Shown piece after piece: positions 37,792 through 47,906 of a stretch of 64,000 nt of DNA. This DNA comes from a virus, in the IMG/VR virus record IMGVR_UViG_3300035698_022475, positions 49,459-113,458 of that record; one strand, written 5' to 3'. Both the position numbers and the translations under genes were made by a program. The notes below the pieces were generated by a model. That model saw only the letters and a program-made list of their open reading frames with translations, was not told the DNA's origin and searched no databases. Position 1 is the stretch's first letter, and each line of letters starts with the position of its first letter.

Positions 37792-39158
37792 TCATCCCAA
37801 CACCTTTAGAAAGTCTGCGAAGGCCTCCTCAGTTATCAGGATCTTGTCCACCGGCAAAGGCTGGTTCAAGAAGGACTGTCCTGGACGTATTCCTCCGGTG
37901 GGAGGCGCATCATGGAATTCCCGACTGAAGCCGTCTCTACTGGACACCCAGCGGTATCCACCAACCCACGTTGATTTGCCATTGTAATGTCTCACGCTGA
38001 CTCTCTTCTGTATGAAAAAGCCACGACACCCTCGCGCGTATCGAAGCGCCACGCTGTACGCCCGGGGGTTTCCACAGACCAAACATGAGTGCTCCGCTGT
38101 TCATTCCGGAGAATGCCTCCCCCTGTATGTGGGCGTCGTGTTACGGCATGCGCGTTGAGATGCCATATAGTGGTCATTCCTATTTGCTTTTCGAAGTGTT
38201 GCATATTTTACTTAATTCCTCCTCTCGAATGTATCGAATGCTTCTGGGAGCGCGAGTAGGGTAGTGTTCAACCACAATTTCCCAATCAAGGCCCGGAGAC
38301 TTTGTAAACCATCGATTTCGAGTAACCCCAAGGCCCACATCATAATGCCGCATCAGCCTCCTCCCCTCTCTACGCTCGCTTGGAGGTCTAGTAGAATCTC
38401 AGCTAGATCCTGGTCAGAGGACCTCTTGCTGCCAAAAGCGATGTCGCTCCAAAAGGAGAACGGCATTTGCCGAGAATAAACCTCGAGGACGAAACAGTTC
38501 CCGCCAACAACCGGGTCGAACCACACAACATCTCCTACGTCGTTGCCGTCATTGAAGTGTCTCAATGTTCCGGCCTTCCCTGGGCGAAGTAGAAGGGGCC
38601 TATTCCGGGACCGCGAGGGTGCTGCTCGTACACGTGCTCAGAAAAGGCTCCCAGGTAAGTAGAGCCGTCGTACTCGACGTAGGGCTTCCAGCGACGATCC
38701 CCTACTACGGGAACACACCAGACGTACACAGGAGGTATGTCGTAATTAACGATTTTTCGGTCGAAGTGTCGCACTAATATCCTCCTGTGGGCCAAAAGCG
38801 GCGGCCCAACCATCGGGGTCGTTGAAGTTTAGGTGAACCATGTCCTGTACGGTAAATCGACATACCCTGCCCGTTACAGCCTTCATTTACTTGATCCCAC
38901 CCCCCCGAAGTAGTCTCCATCCAGATTAAGTAATAGTCACCGTTTCGGTCGAAGTGTCTCATCGTATTTCCTGTACTGCTCAATTATCGCTTCGGCCTGA
39001 GCCTGTCCGGCCTGCTGTGCGTGCATTAACCCTAGGGTCATATCCGCACGGAGGTCTACAACCCTCCCGTAGTGGTCGAAGAACACCTGGTCGAACCCGT
39101 CGCACGAATCCAGCCAGCCGGGACTACCCATTATGTTGTTTCCATCGAAGTGTCTCAT
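37792..39158 (-). CDS. Seven coupled M-[RQ]-H-[FY]-[DNE] micro-genes (starts 39158, 38962, 38774, 38565, 38353, 38204, 37995)
   Basis: 57-73 aa each; conserved first five residues with synonymous codon variation; overlapping stop/start junctions. Confidence 0.75.
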
Positions 39159-39613
39159 CGGGGACGCCGAGTAACGAACTCGATGATCTCTGCCAGCAGC
39201 CGGCGCCTTCCTACTGTCGAGGACGTCCAATACGCCTTCCTGACAGGCTCCAGCAGCTCGAGGATGTGATTGGTAGCCTTGTCCCTCTTCTCCCGATTAT
39301 GGTCCTCCATGACGGCCTCGGCATTGATGTCTTTGGCGCGCCACTCGGCGAGCTGCTCTGAAGTATCCTCCTGGCCCTGGTATCTCCAGTTACCATAAGC
39401 ATTACAGCCCCCATCGTCATCACGGGAAACATTACCTTCGTAGACCCCACCAATCACGTCGTGACTCCGCTTACCCGCGGGACCAAGCGGTGCTGTAAAA
39501 GACATAACCTCCCCGCCCGGGTCTACATACTGATGTCCGAACACACACTTACTTCCCGTATTTTGGACCTTGCGCCCGATGAACTTCCATTTTTCTATTT
39601 TCTTTTCGGTCAT
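39155..39613 (-). CDS. Hypothetical protein
   Basis: 152 aa, GAGGAG RBS. Confidence 0.65.
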   Translation of the reverse strand: MTEKKIEKWKFIGRKVQNTGSKCVFGHQYVDPGGEVMSFTAPLGPAGKRSHDVIGGVYEGNVSRDDDGGCNAYGNWRYQGQEDTSEQLAEWRAKDINAEAVMEDHNREKRDKATNHILELLEPVRKAYWTSSTVGRRRLLAEIIEFVTRRPR

Positions 39614-39776
39614 TTTCTCGCTCCTCGCAATCGTTGTGGAGGTATACCCTGTTGTTGATTACCATTAAACGTAACGCAATGGCGCCCATCACTCGTGAGG
39701 TACCGCCGCAGTAGTGACACACAACAACGACATCGTCGCGGTAACATAGCGGACATTAGATTTCTACGTGAATCAT
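39549..39776 (-). pseudogene. MxH/Zn-finger micro-gene with in-frame TAA at codon 7
   Basis: MIHVEI*CPLCYRDDVVVVCHYCGG aligns with the neighbour MTHFEVICPLC...CHFECTGG. Confidence 0.65.
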
Positions 39777-39777
39777 G

Positions 39778-39996
39778 TTACTTCAGCGCCAGGCAGTCGC
39801 CGTCGATGTTGTAGAGGTCCCAGGCGAACTCACACTCGGAAGCCGTCCCGCATCCAAGACACGTCATCGCGTAATAAAGCTTCAGGCGGCCCCCCTTCTG
39901 GATGCGCGGCTGCACACCGCCCGTACACTCGAAATGACAATCAGAATCAGTTAGACCTCCCGCACAGAGAGGACAGATCACCTCGAAGTGAGTCAT
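39778..39996 (-). CDS. MxH micro-gene with Zn finger
   Basis: AAGGAG RBS; MTHFEVICPLC...CLGC. Confidence 0.7.
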   Translation of the reverse strand: MTHFEVICPLCAGGLTDSDCHFECTGGVQPRIQKGGRLKLYYAMTCLGCGTASECEFAWDLYNIDGDCLALK

Positions 39997-40089
39997 ATAA
40001 GCTCCTTTCTGTTTAGTGCTTCTACCAAAATAGGAAGGGGAATTAGCCCACTCCCCCAGAACGGGGGAGGGGCTCACGGTTTGAGGTTG

Positions 40090-40959
40090 TTACTTGCCGA
40101 CCATTGGGATGGCACTACCCTCCCCGGTGACAATGACTTTATCGCCTGGACCTACCTTGCTGTACAGCAGCTTGTCGGCCTCGATACGCATACGATCCAG
40201 GTAGGCACGGGTGATAGCTTTCCCGACGATGGCGATGTACGCCGCCTCGGCTTCAGCCTCCGTCGCCCTCACCTGTTTCTCCTTCTCGGCAATCTCCTGC
40301 CGGTTCTTGGCCTGCAGCAACTTCATCGCTTGCTTGGCCGTCTCCTCGTCGATCTCGATTTCCTTTTTGCGCTTTTTCTCCACGGCGAGGGTTATGACTT
40401 CCGGGTAGTCAAAGTTCGACGTGTACGCAGCGATCAGCTCCATCGGCGTTCCTTTGAGAGCCTTCGCCAATTGTACGTTAATCGACTTCTGGATGGACTC
40501 GCGCTCTTGGCGGATACCTGTGGTGTCGTACTTGGACACCGTGTCACGTGCGATGGAACGTGCCGCGGGTTTTACGTACGTGTTGTAAATGGGAGTGAGC
40601 GTCAACAGCTTCCCCCCGCGCTCAGCAGCTACCATATTGGCGCCCTGCCGATTCAACAGTTCCTTGATGGCGGACCCGTCGGTTCCCCTCAAACGCACCT
40701 TAACAATCAAGTCAAACTTGAAGTTCAGGTCATCCTTGCACAGGATTGACAGCTCCTCCTCAGCGGCGATCTCTTTCGTCTCGATGAGCACCAGCTCATC
40801 ACGTCCCCAGCAGGAGTGGCGCCCAGGTTGGAGCGCCGACCCCGTGAGTCCCGCCGGTTGCATCACCATACCTACGTAACCGGGGGGTACCGTTTCGGTA
40901 CACCCTGCCAACAACATCACCACTAACGCCAGTAGCATAATTCCATAAAACTTCTTCAC
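40090..40959 (-). CDS. SPFH/band-7 (prohibitin-like) lipoprotein
   Basis: LLAGC lipobox; ETVPPGYVG...LQPGRH; C-terminal coiled coil AEAEAAY. Confidence 0.85.
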   Translation of the reverse strand: MKKFYGIMLLALVVMLLAGCTETVPPGYVGMVMQPAGLTGSALQPGRHSCWGRDELVLIETKEIAAEEELSILCKDDLNFKFDLIVKVRLRGTDGSAIKELLNRQGANMVAAERGGKLLTLTPIYNTYVKPAARSIARDTVSKYDTTGIRQERESIQKSINVQLAKALKGTPMELIAAYTSNFDYPEVITLAVEKKRKKEIEIDEETAKQAMKLLQAKNRQEIAEKEKQVRATEAEAEAAYIAIVGKAITRAYLDRMRIEADKLLYSKVGPGDKVIVTGEGSAIPMVGK

Positions 40960-41411
40960 TTGTTACCTCCTTGCATTTTGTTCGCTCGTTCGATTGCCTT
41001 CTTGATGTAATCGTCCTCCGTCCCTCCGTCTTGGGCAGCCTTTCTCCGCACCTCCTTGAGAACGTCAGGTAGTTTCTCTTCTCCGAGTTTCTCTTTCTCC
41101 TTGTCGCTGATCTCGTCTGGCGCCTCCTGCACAATCTGCTGGAAACCATCCGCGGATGGTGGTGGCAAATTGACGGGCTCTCCAGCACCATAAGCGCCGA
41201 AGACGAACCAGAGGCTTGTGGCGAAGAGGCCTACCGTGATGAGAGCGCTCACGAATACCTTGAGGAGTTCCTCACCCTCCGCCAGCTTCTTCCACTTGGA
41301 GAAGAGACGCAGAGTAATAAACAAGGCAATAGCGCAAAGAACCCAGGCGACAGCGGCACTGATCCAGACCCCTATGTCGGTGCCTGTGTTCGTTACTATG
41401 TTGGGGTCCAT
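40956..41411 (-). CDS. Two-TM membrane protein
   Basis: Two hydrophobic helices; coupled to the SPFH gene. Confidence 0.65.
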   Translation of the reverse strand: MDPNIVTNTGTDIGVWISAAVAWVLCAIALFITLRLFSKWKKLAEGEELLKVFVSALITVGLFATSLWFVFGAYGAGEPVNLPPPSADGFQQIVQEAPDEISDKEKEKLGEEKLPDVLKEVRRKAAQDGGTEDDYIKKAIERANKMQGGNK

Positions 41412-41412
41412 T

Positions 41413-42534
41413 CTATTCAACCTTTCTGATGTCATTCGCTGTGGGGCCATCGCTTACGTAAACCGCCGTAGCTCCGACCGCGGTACGAATCCGTTTCAAG
41501 AAGTCCTCTTTCGACGCACATACAAGGGCCTTTCCATCCTCGTACAGACGATAGGGCTCCTCCAGAAGGTCCATACACGTGACGACCATATTAGCACCGT
41601 CCACGTAAGGGTCCTTCATTCCTGCGTACCTGAGTAGATCGAGGTCGAGCAGTCCCCGCCGAAACACTCCTTGCGGACCGTCGTCTCTGTTGTTCTCGTA
41701 GGGATTGATACGGATACCCTCGTCCAGAGTATTAGTCATCGGGCCCGCGCCATGGCGCGTCTGGTAGGTACGAGTAACAAGCCATACCTGCGCAGGAGGT
41801 GCTCCGTAGTTGAGCTTGAGAATGTTCTTCGTACCTGTGTTCGAGGGTGTTACGTGAGGAAAGAACCCATAGTCCTGGTCAAGGAGCAGTCCTTGCGAAC
41901 CTTCGAAGATGGTGGGCTGCAGTGTGGAAATACAAGTCGGAGTTCCATCAATCCCGTCCGCCTTCACCGCCTCCTCACAGGACCAGTAAAAATCATCCAA
42001 ACTGATGGCCTCCTCGGAATACCCATAGACCTTGTGCAACTGCTCCATCTTAATCTTCAGCGCTGCGGGGTGGAACAGATCTTCGAACCAGATATGATAG
42101 TTCTCACGCTCTCGGCGCACTGTGGCGAAAATTCCTCCACCACAGCTCCCGTGGCGGTTGTCCACCTCGTCGTGTTTGTTCGTCGCTATCTCATACGGAG
42201 TAATGACGGGACTTCGAGCAGCGATGTTAAGTACGGGAGAGAACCCTTTGGACACCAGGTCTGCGTACTCGTTGATCAGAGAGATAGGGTTCGTGGCGCA
42301 GAACTCAGACCAGTAGGTGGGCGCCCCCCGCAGGGTGCCGCTCCCGAAGTGCGAAGAGACGTGGTCCCTCCCGTCGGGAAGGACGACGTGATGTGCAGCC
42401 TGCGGACCGCCTGAAAAGCGGCAGACGACGGGGGCGGTAGCGTGTGCGCAGAGCCAGTCTACGACATGCCCCTTACCCTCATCGCCGAACCCCAGTCCGA
42501 TCACTGCATGGTCGCCAGTGATCCTCTTCATCAC
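41413..42534 (-). CDS. Adenylosuccinate-synthetase (PurA)-family protein, divergent
   Basis: GLGFGDEGKG, RFSGG, FEGSQGLLLD, PHVTPS, RTYQTRHGAGP and RRGLLD motifs. Confidence 0.85.
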   Translation of the reverse strand: MMKRITGDHAVIGLGFGDEGKGHVVDWLCAHATAPVVCRFSGGPQAAHHVVLPDGRDHVSSHFGSGTLRGAPTYWSEFCATNPISLINEYADLVSKGFSPVLNIAARSPVITPYEIATNKHDEVDNRHGSCGGGIFATVRRERENYHIWFEDLFHPAALKIKMEQLHKVYGYSEEAISLDDFYWSCEEAVKADGIDGTPTCISTLQPTIFEGSQGLLLDQDYGFFPHVTPSNTGTKNILKLNYGAPPAQVWLVTRTYQTRHGAGPMTNTLDEGIRINPYENNRDDGPQGVFRRGLLDLDLLRYAGMKDPYVDGANMVVTCMDLLEEPYRLYEDGKALVCASKEDFLKRIRTAVGATAVYVSDGPTANDIRKVE

Positions 42535-43478
42535 ATCATCTCGATGTCTTCTTCGTTCACCCCATCGTCGTTCTTATGCACGCCTTTGCCCTCCTTAGGC
42601 TTTACGCCGGGCAACGGCCTCTTCCCCTGCACTTCGAGGATCTTGTCGGCGATGATGCCGGCGACATCGTCATGGTGCTGGGACGCGAGGACGTTGGGGC
42701 CCAGGAGGTCGCCCCACTGCTCCAGGCTGTCGGGCTGGCGACCGCGGTGCGTCTCCTGGATGTGGATGTGGTAGACCTCGTAGGTCTCCTGGACGCGCTC
42801 GAGGAGCTTCTTGGCCGTCTCATCGGACGCCTGGCTCCCCGCGCCCATGATGCGCTGCAGCGCGTGAGCCGGGAAGTGCGAGAGGGGCGGCTCGTCACCG
42901 ATGGTGAAGAGGATGCCCTTCTTCTTTCGCTTCTCCCAGCGGTCATGGGCCGTGTGGTTGGCGCCGAAATACCAGGCGAGCGGGTAGCTTTCTCCCGCGT
43001 TTCCACCGCCACCGCCTTCCAACCAGATGGCCTCGAGCCACTTCTCAAGCAGCTCATCGCTGGACTCAAACTGTCCCACTTGAAGCGGTGCCTGGTCCCC
43101 ACACTCGTGGTCTCCGATGGCCAGGAACATCACCTGAGGATCCTCGACCCCGGCCTGGAGGATCTTGTCCATCAGCTTGGGGAATCCCTCAGCCACGAGC
43201 TGATGGGGAACCCGACTCATGGAGGCCGTGACATCGAGGGCGATGATGATAGGGAGCGAGTTGGGATGCTCCTCGGAGTCCCGGGACTCACGCATCTGGA
43301 CGCCCACGGAGCGCATCTCATGATGCACCCGACGCTGTAGGAAGATGTCCGGGGCACTCTTGGGCGTGTAGCTATCGTTCACGAGACCGGTGTCCATCGC
43401 AAATCGCTTGTTGAGTTTGCCGCTGGTCACACCCCGGGACACGGCGTCGCTGTAGCTGTAGGTACCTCCACCCATCAC
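42531..43478 (-). CDS. von Willebrand factor A domain protein
   Basis: LDVTASM MIDAS, AIGD, QVGQFES, EGGGGGN..ESY and FTIGDE motifs. Confidence 0.85.
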   Translation of the reverse strand: MMGGGTYSYSDAVSRGVTSGKLNKRFAMDTGLVNDSYTPKSAPDIFLQRRVHHEMRSVGVQMRESRDSEEHPNSLPIIIALDVTASMSRVPHQLVAEGFPKLMDKILQAGVEDPQVMFLAIGDHECGDQAPLQVGQFESSDELLEKWLEAIWLEGGGGGNAGESYPLAWYFGANHTAHDRWEKRKKKGILFTIGDEPPLSHFPAHALQRIMGAGSQASDETAKKLLERVQETYEVYHIHIQETHRGRQPDSLEQWGDLLGPNVLASQHHDDVAGIIADKILEVQGKRPLPGVKPKEGKGVHKNDDGVNEEDIEMM

Positions 43479-43846
43479 TCACCTCCCGTGAAGAGGCGGT
43501 CATAGCGCCTGCGTGCGATGTCGAGCTTGATCTGCAAGTTGTGCATCTCGGTGCCGTACTTGAGGTCCAGCTCAACGAACTTGTCCGCGTCGAAGTCCTT
43601 ACCCAGCATCAGACTCTGGGCATTCTCCGGCGAGAGGTCGAGCATGTACTCGCGCTCCCTCTTCATCCGCTTCATGTCACGCTCCATGTCTTCGATGGTG
43701 CGCTTGAAGGTCATCTCCGCGTCTTCGGCGATGGCCTCGGCTCTGTCCCTCCGGATCTTTTTGTTGGTCCGGGTAAGGGAGTCCATGAAGGCACCCGACA
43801 ACTCGTCGGTGCCCTCCTCCTCTGGTCGTGTCTTCTCTTCAGTCAT
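43475..43846 (-). CDS. Coiled-coil hypothetical protein
   Basis: AAGGAGG RBS; coupled to the vWA gene. Confidence 0.7.
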   Translation of the reverse strand: MTEEKTRPEEEGTDELSGAFMDSLTRTNKKIRRDRAEAIAEDAEMTFKRTIEDMERDMKRMKREREYMLDLSPENAQSLMLGKDFDADKFVELDLKYGTEMHNLQIKLDIARRRYDRLFTGGE

Positions 43847-43914
43847 TTCGTTCCTCCTTGTTGTTGTTGAACGTTCAAACTACCGCACACGTGTTGAAAC
43901 CTTATCCCCTACGT

Positions 43915-44466
43915 CTAGATGACACCGTGGAATACGTACTTCTTGCAGTTAAGTTCAAACGGCTTTTTTGGAAACCCGCCGTAAAGCTTCGACGCTCTGA
44001 GTAGTGTGTCCCACACCTTCGCGGGAATCTTCCCACTGTTGGAACAACGAAAGCACTCCCGGATACGCTTATACGCAATCCAATACACTTTGTTCTGGCC
44101 CGAGGAATAGAACACAAAGACCGTGTCGTTCCCTGCCGCATCCAACGACCCTCTCCAAACAAGGTCCGGCATGTCGTCGTCGTCGTAGTCCGAACACATC
44201 TGGTGCCCAATCACCATCACATTATAGTGTGGAAGGTGCTTGAGCCCGGAACTACGCCAGACCTCTTTGCCGAGCCTCCTAATTATGACGTCCTTATTCC
44301 CTACTCCCCACTCCTTATCAACGGGAATATTCCGGGCATAGTCATCGTAATTTTGATCGAACTTTTCATCCCTTTCAACTATCCAGTCCCACTCAAACAT
44401 CCCAAACGCCTGGGCGAGACCAGACCACAAGAACAGAACTACCAATGTCGTGATAAATCGTTTCAT
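43915..44466 (-). CDS. Secreted hypothetical protein
   Basis: Signal peptide ending AQA; DYDDDDMPDL Ca-binding-like loop. Confidence 0.65.
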   Translation of the reverse strand: MKRFITTLVVLFLWSGLAQAFGMFEWDWIVERDEKFDQNYDDYARNIPVDKEWGVGNKDVIIRRLGKEVWRSSGLKHLPHYNVMVIGHQMCSDYDDDDMPDLVWRGSLDAAGNDTVFVFYSSGQNKVYWIAYKRIRECFRCSNSGKIPAKVWDTLLRASKLYGGFPKKPFELNCKKYVFHGVI

Positions 44467-44482
44467 TAGAACACCTCCTTGG

Positions 44483-45755
44483 TTACATACTTGTACCCAA
44501 AAAAGAGGAGGGCATTGGAGGGGCTATTTGTCGGGGCTCAGAAAGTAACACGCCTAGTTTAGTCAATTCGACGGTGAGGATCTTTTCGGTGCGGTCGAAG
44601 TCTTTGTAGGAGATGCGGATCAGATGGATGCCGTTGTCTTTGCAGTATTTGTCTTTGATGGCGTCACGCTCAATAATCTCAGCATATGCCCGCGCTCCTC
44701 CCCATGCCGAAATGGGCTCGAAATGTTGACGGCCATCAAACTCAATACATAAATTAATATCCTGTATATAGAAATCAAATGGTAATACATACTTAAAAGA
44801 ACATCCCCTGAATCTTTTTTCTCTGGTAAAAACTATGTGCCACTTAGACAACAACTCGGATATCTTGTTCTCTCCGAGAGAACGGCCTTTTCCATCACAA
44901 GATCGACAACCATACCCCATCAAGAAAGTAGCTGGAATTTTAGTAATAATCTCTCCGCAGCGATTACACAGGACAGTCACGCTCTTTAAGTTTCCTTCGT
45001 ACTCCCCTAATAAACTTAAAGAATTATACCCAAACAACTGGTCTAGTTCATTCTCAAAGACCTCTGGCTTTTTACGTGATTTCTTCCCGTTTTTTATGTA
45101 TGCACAGTGCCGACACTCGTGTCCCCTAAGAAGTTGATCAACTGTGGTAGTAAACACCCCCCCCACACTGCTTACAAGTTAAAGTAACCTTAGACATCCT
45201 GTCGGTATATCCGTCAAAATTGTAAGTGTATTTTCCAGGGTACTTAGCTTCAAGTTCTCTACCTCGCTCCTGCGGAGTAATAGCTCTAAGACCTCCTTTA
45301 CGTCTTCCTTCCACGTCTATCATGCGCTTCCACACACTAGCTTCCTCTTCGCAAAAGGTACATTCACGCCTCTTCTGCAAGGCCGTCGGAGTCATACTAC
45401 TTATTACACCGCAAGTTAAACACCGAATCTTAATTGGAGTTAGGTAGTCAATATAACTAGACAGACACTCAAAAGAAGCCCCAGAACTAATAGACAACAA
45501 CCCCGCAAACTCCATGAATCTCTGGGCACTTCTTACCCGTGCTTTTTCGCTCACAGCCGCGTCACTACATTTGGGACACACATATTTAGCTTTCAATTGC
45601 TCGCGGTATGTTCTAAAGAATTCTCCGTGAACAGAGCATACTATCCTCATAGGTACCGTAGCTCCCCTAAATTCATAATCTGGATATGTACATAAGTCGC
45701 CCCACTTTGCAAAAAGTCGTTCCAACACGTCTTTAGTTGTTATTATTTTTGGCAT
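44483..45755 (-). pseudogene. Free-standing homing-endonuclease-like gene (CxxC repeats plus Vsr/PD-(D/E)xK C-terminus), split by a frameshift
   Basis: Repeated CxxC units; FDFYI...IEFDGRQH...DAIKDKYC..NGIHLIRI; the two ORFs join in frame if the G8 tract at 45157-45164 is G7; AT-rich relative to flanks. Confidence 0.75.
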
Positions 45756-45780
45756 AACCAAAACGTTAACACGCGTTAAC

Positions 45781-45814
45781 AAAAAAAAGAAGGACAACTG
45801 GTGTTGTCCCTCTT
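45781..45814 (-). terminator. Intrinsic terminator
   Basis: GGACAAC-ACCA-GTTGTCC stem followed by a T-tract on the minus strand. Confidence 0.6.
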
Positions 45815-45819
45815 GCAAG

Positions 45820-46416
45820 CTACTTCGATTTTTTGGTACGAAACGCCAGCAACTCTTCGAGCCAGTGCTTGGGAACGAGTATCCACGTTCCGCCGTTATG
45901 GTCTTGCTCCACCCAACCACTTCTGATGCCTCCGCCCAAAGTGCAGGCGGTATCGACGAGTACTTGGATGTCCTTGACGCGCCGACGCAGTCGATTGACG
46001 TAGGTCTGCCCCTTGTCGAGAACTGCCACAGCTTCGGTCTCGTTCACGGGGAAGCCCGCCTTCGCTGAGGAAGCGAGGATGCGCATAATTGTTGATGTCA
46101 CCTGGGCCCATTCGAATTCGGGCAACAGGTAGATGCGAGCCAGTTCGGCCCTGGCCTCTTTGAGCTGCTTGCGCATGGTGGCTACCATACCCGGCACGTC
46201 CTCCCAGTCAGCCATCCCAGGCTTCCCTTCTTGGATAACCCGACGGACAGTCCGAGCTTCCTGCGCGTGAATCTGAGCCTCGAGCTTTACCTTCTCGAAC
46301 AGCTCATACAGCTCGATGACGCCCTCAGCCAGCGCCATAATGGATGTCATCGGCGGCTTACCGACGAGACAACAATCTCGTAGCCCTACGGCTATCTCGT
46401 AAGCTTCATGCTGCAC
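45820..46416 (-). CDS. Hypothetical helical protein
   Basis: About 198 aa; start uncertain. Confidence 0.55.
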   Translation of the reverse strand: MQHEAYEIAVGLRDCCLVGKPPMTSIMALAEGVIELYELFEKVKLEAQIHAQEARTVRRVIQEGKPGMADWEDVPGMVATMRKQLKEARAELARIYLLPEFEWAQVTSTIMRILASSAKAGFPVNETEAVAVLDKGQTYVNRLRRRVKDIQVLVDTACTLGGGIRSGWVEQDHNGGTWILVPKHWLEELLAFRTKKSK

Positions 46417-47032
46417 TGTGTTCCTTCCCGAATTCGCGCTCAGCCCGCCTCGAATTGTCGAAGGGAATAAGCCCGCCACAGTTCGCCTTCTCGAGTGCCG
46501 CGTATACGGCCCCCACATGCTCCCCGTGCGCTTCGTAGGGCATATTGGCGAGGTAGAAAATCTGGCTTAAAGAGTAGACCTTGGACCTCTCCTCGTTGGG
46601 GTGGAAAAGCGCACGGATGAACGGAAGCGCGTCCTTGAAGTCTACTGACACCTGTTGCTCGTCCGGGTCGTACTTAGGTATCGGCCGGGTGAGATACAGC
46701 GACGCGCGGAACTTGTTACCCCCTTCGTCGTACTCGTCTCCAATCTCCCCGAAGAACAGGTAAGGCCCCTTGACCTCGAACTGCCACCGAGTAGGGTCGA
46801 ACACCGTACCGTCCGAGAGCAAGACCCACCCGTGCTGTACGAGCATCCGGTTGTTACCCCTTCCTATCCACGGAGAACCGTCCTCAATCGTTCCCAAGAA
46901 ATGGCCGTACACAGGTGTACCTTCTACAACCCCCGCCTCTACGCACGCGCAGGCGATGGCGTAGCAGTTCGCTATCCATCCGTCGACCTCGATGCCAATC
47001 TGCTCGGCTACCTTGTTGATGTTCAGCGTCAT
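46406..47032 (-). CDS. Hypothetical protein (possible transglutaminase-like C/H/D core)
   Basis: NCYAIA...QHGWV...VFDPT. Confidence 0.5.
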   Translation of the reverse strand: MTLNINKVAEQIGIEVDGWIANCYAIACACVEAGVVEGTPVYGHFLGTIEDGSPWIGRGNNRMLVQHGWVLLSDGTVFDPTRWQFEVKGPYLFFGEIGDEYDEGGNKFRASLYLTRPIPKYDPDEQQVSVDFKDALPFIRALFHPNEERSKVYSLSQIFYLANMPYEAHGEHVGAVYAALEKANCGGLIPFDNSRRAEREFGKEHSAA

Positions 47033-47322
47033 CCCAGCACCTCCAGCAGATCCGTGGACTGGTTAACTTCCCGTTGCATCTCGAGGATCTGGCGTTTCTC
47101 GGTTTCTACTTTGTCCAGGTCGATGTCGTAGTACTCGGCGAGGAGTTTCTCGGTGGATGTGAGCACAGTAAACAATTCGTGCTGCCCACAAATCTCAGGC
47201 TCCCCCAAGAACTCAGCAAGAATGATGTGGCGGTCATTACGCAACCAGTTTAAGAACTCCCCGATAGTTTGCGATTCATCTTGAATAGCAGAAAGTTTGT
47301 CACACTCTGGATAGTCATCCAC
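47029..47322 (-). CDS. Conserved phage hypothetical protein
   Basis: YPECDKL...SQTIGEFLNWL...LLAEYYDID. Confidence 0.65.
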   Translation of the reverse strand: MDDYPECDKLSAIQDESQTIGEFLNWLRNDRHIILAEFLGEPEICGQHELFTVLTSTEKLLAEYYDIDLDKVETEKRQILEMQREVNQSTDLLEVLG

Positions 47323-47906
47323 TAATCACCCCTTTTGGTTATTTCGTTAATGCGGTTTTCAAGCTCATTGTCCCTTGGTGTACCTGCCGTAATCGTCAGG
47401 CTAATCATATCGGTGCCCCCCGGTTGCCCCTCAAGAAGCTCATCGCAGCGGTACGCATAGGCCGTATCGAACTCTGTAGCAACACAGACGACCCAGTGGA
47501 TTTCCGGGTGCTTTTTCGAGAGCTGCAGATGCCTGATTTGAAACGTCGATTGACCATATCGATTTCTAGTCAAAGCCACGTACGCCCGAACGTTTACCGG
47601 TGTCCCATCTTGCCGTTGGAACTTCAGCAGTGCGCCCCTCGCGAGAGCATGTCCCCTGTAGACGAGGTCACCACTAGACAACAAACGTTTGCGCAGCTTC
47701 TCACGCGCGACCTTAATACTCACTGACCTAAACGACTTCGAACCAGCGACCACCGTCTCGAGTATTGGGATCTCGAGTAATTGTTTGGAATCAAACATTC
47801 CTGTAACCGAATCCACGCGAACATTATGCTGTTCTAGCCAGAGGACTGCTCGCCAAGTATCAATAGAGAGCAAATTAGCAAATACCGTGATGGCTACCTG
47901 CTTCAT
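47322..47906 (-). CDS. Hypothetical protein
   Basis: ATGA-coupled to the SGNH gene. Confidence 0.6.
   Translation of the reverse strand: MKQVAITVFANLLSIDTWRAVLWLEQHNVRVDSVTGMFDSKQLLEIPILETVVAGSKSFRSVSIKVAREKLRKRLLSSGDLVYRGHALARGALLKFQRQDGTPVNVRAYVALTRNRYGQSTFQIRHLQLSKKHPEIHWVVCVATEFDTAYAYRCDELLEGQPGGTDMISLTITAGTPRDNELENRINEITKRGD

Noticed and set aside
37792-39158. Integron-like cassette array or DNA repeat (ATGAGACACTTCGAC) as a recombination site
   Set aside because: No attC-like palindromes or spacers between the genes, and the motif varies at synonymous positions, indicating protein-level constraint.
39756-39758. Stop-codon reassignment in this phage
   Set aside because: TAA, TAG and TGA all terminate well-recognised genes and long genes are intact under code 11; this single TAA is best read as a nonsense mutation.
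41413-42534. PurZ / 2-aminoadenine (Z-genome) pathway, given a PurA homologue plus MazG
   Set aside because: The catalytic motif is GDEGKG (Asp retained), not the Ser-containing PurZ form; MazG is 6 kb away and no DatZ-like HD phosphohydrolase was recognised.
39988-43340. Long plus-strand ORFs (e.g. 39988-40749, 41671-42414, 42576-43340)
   Set aside because: Antisense shadows of high-GC3 minus-strand genes, without RBS or recognisable motifs.
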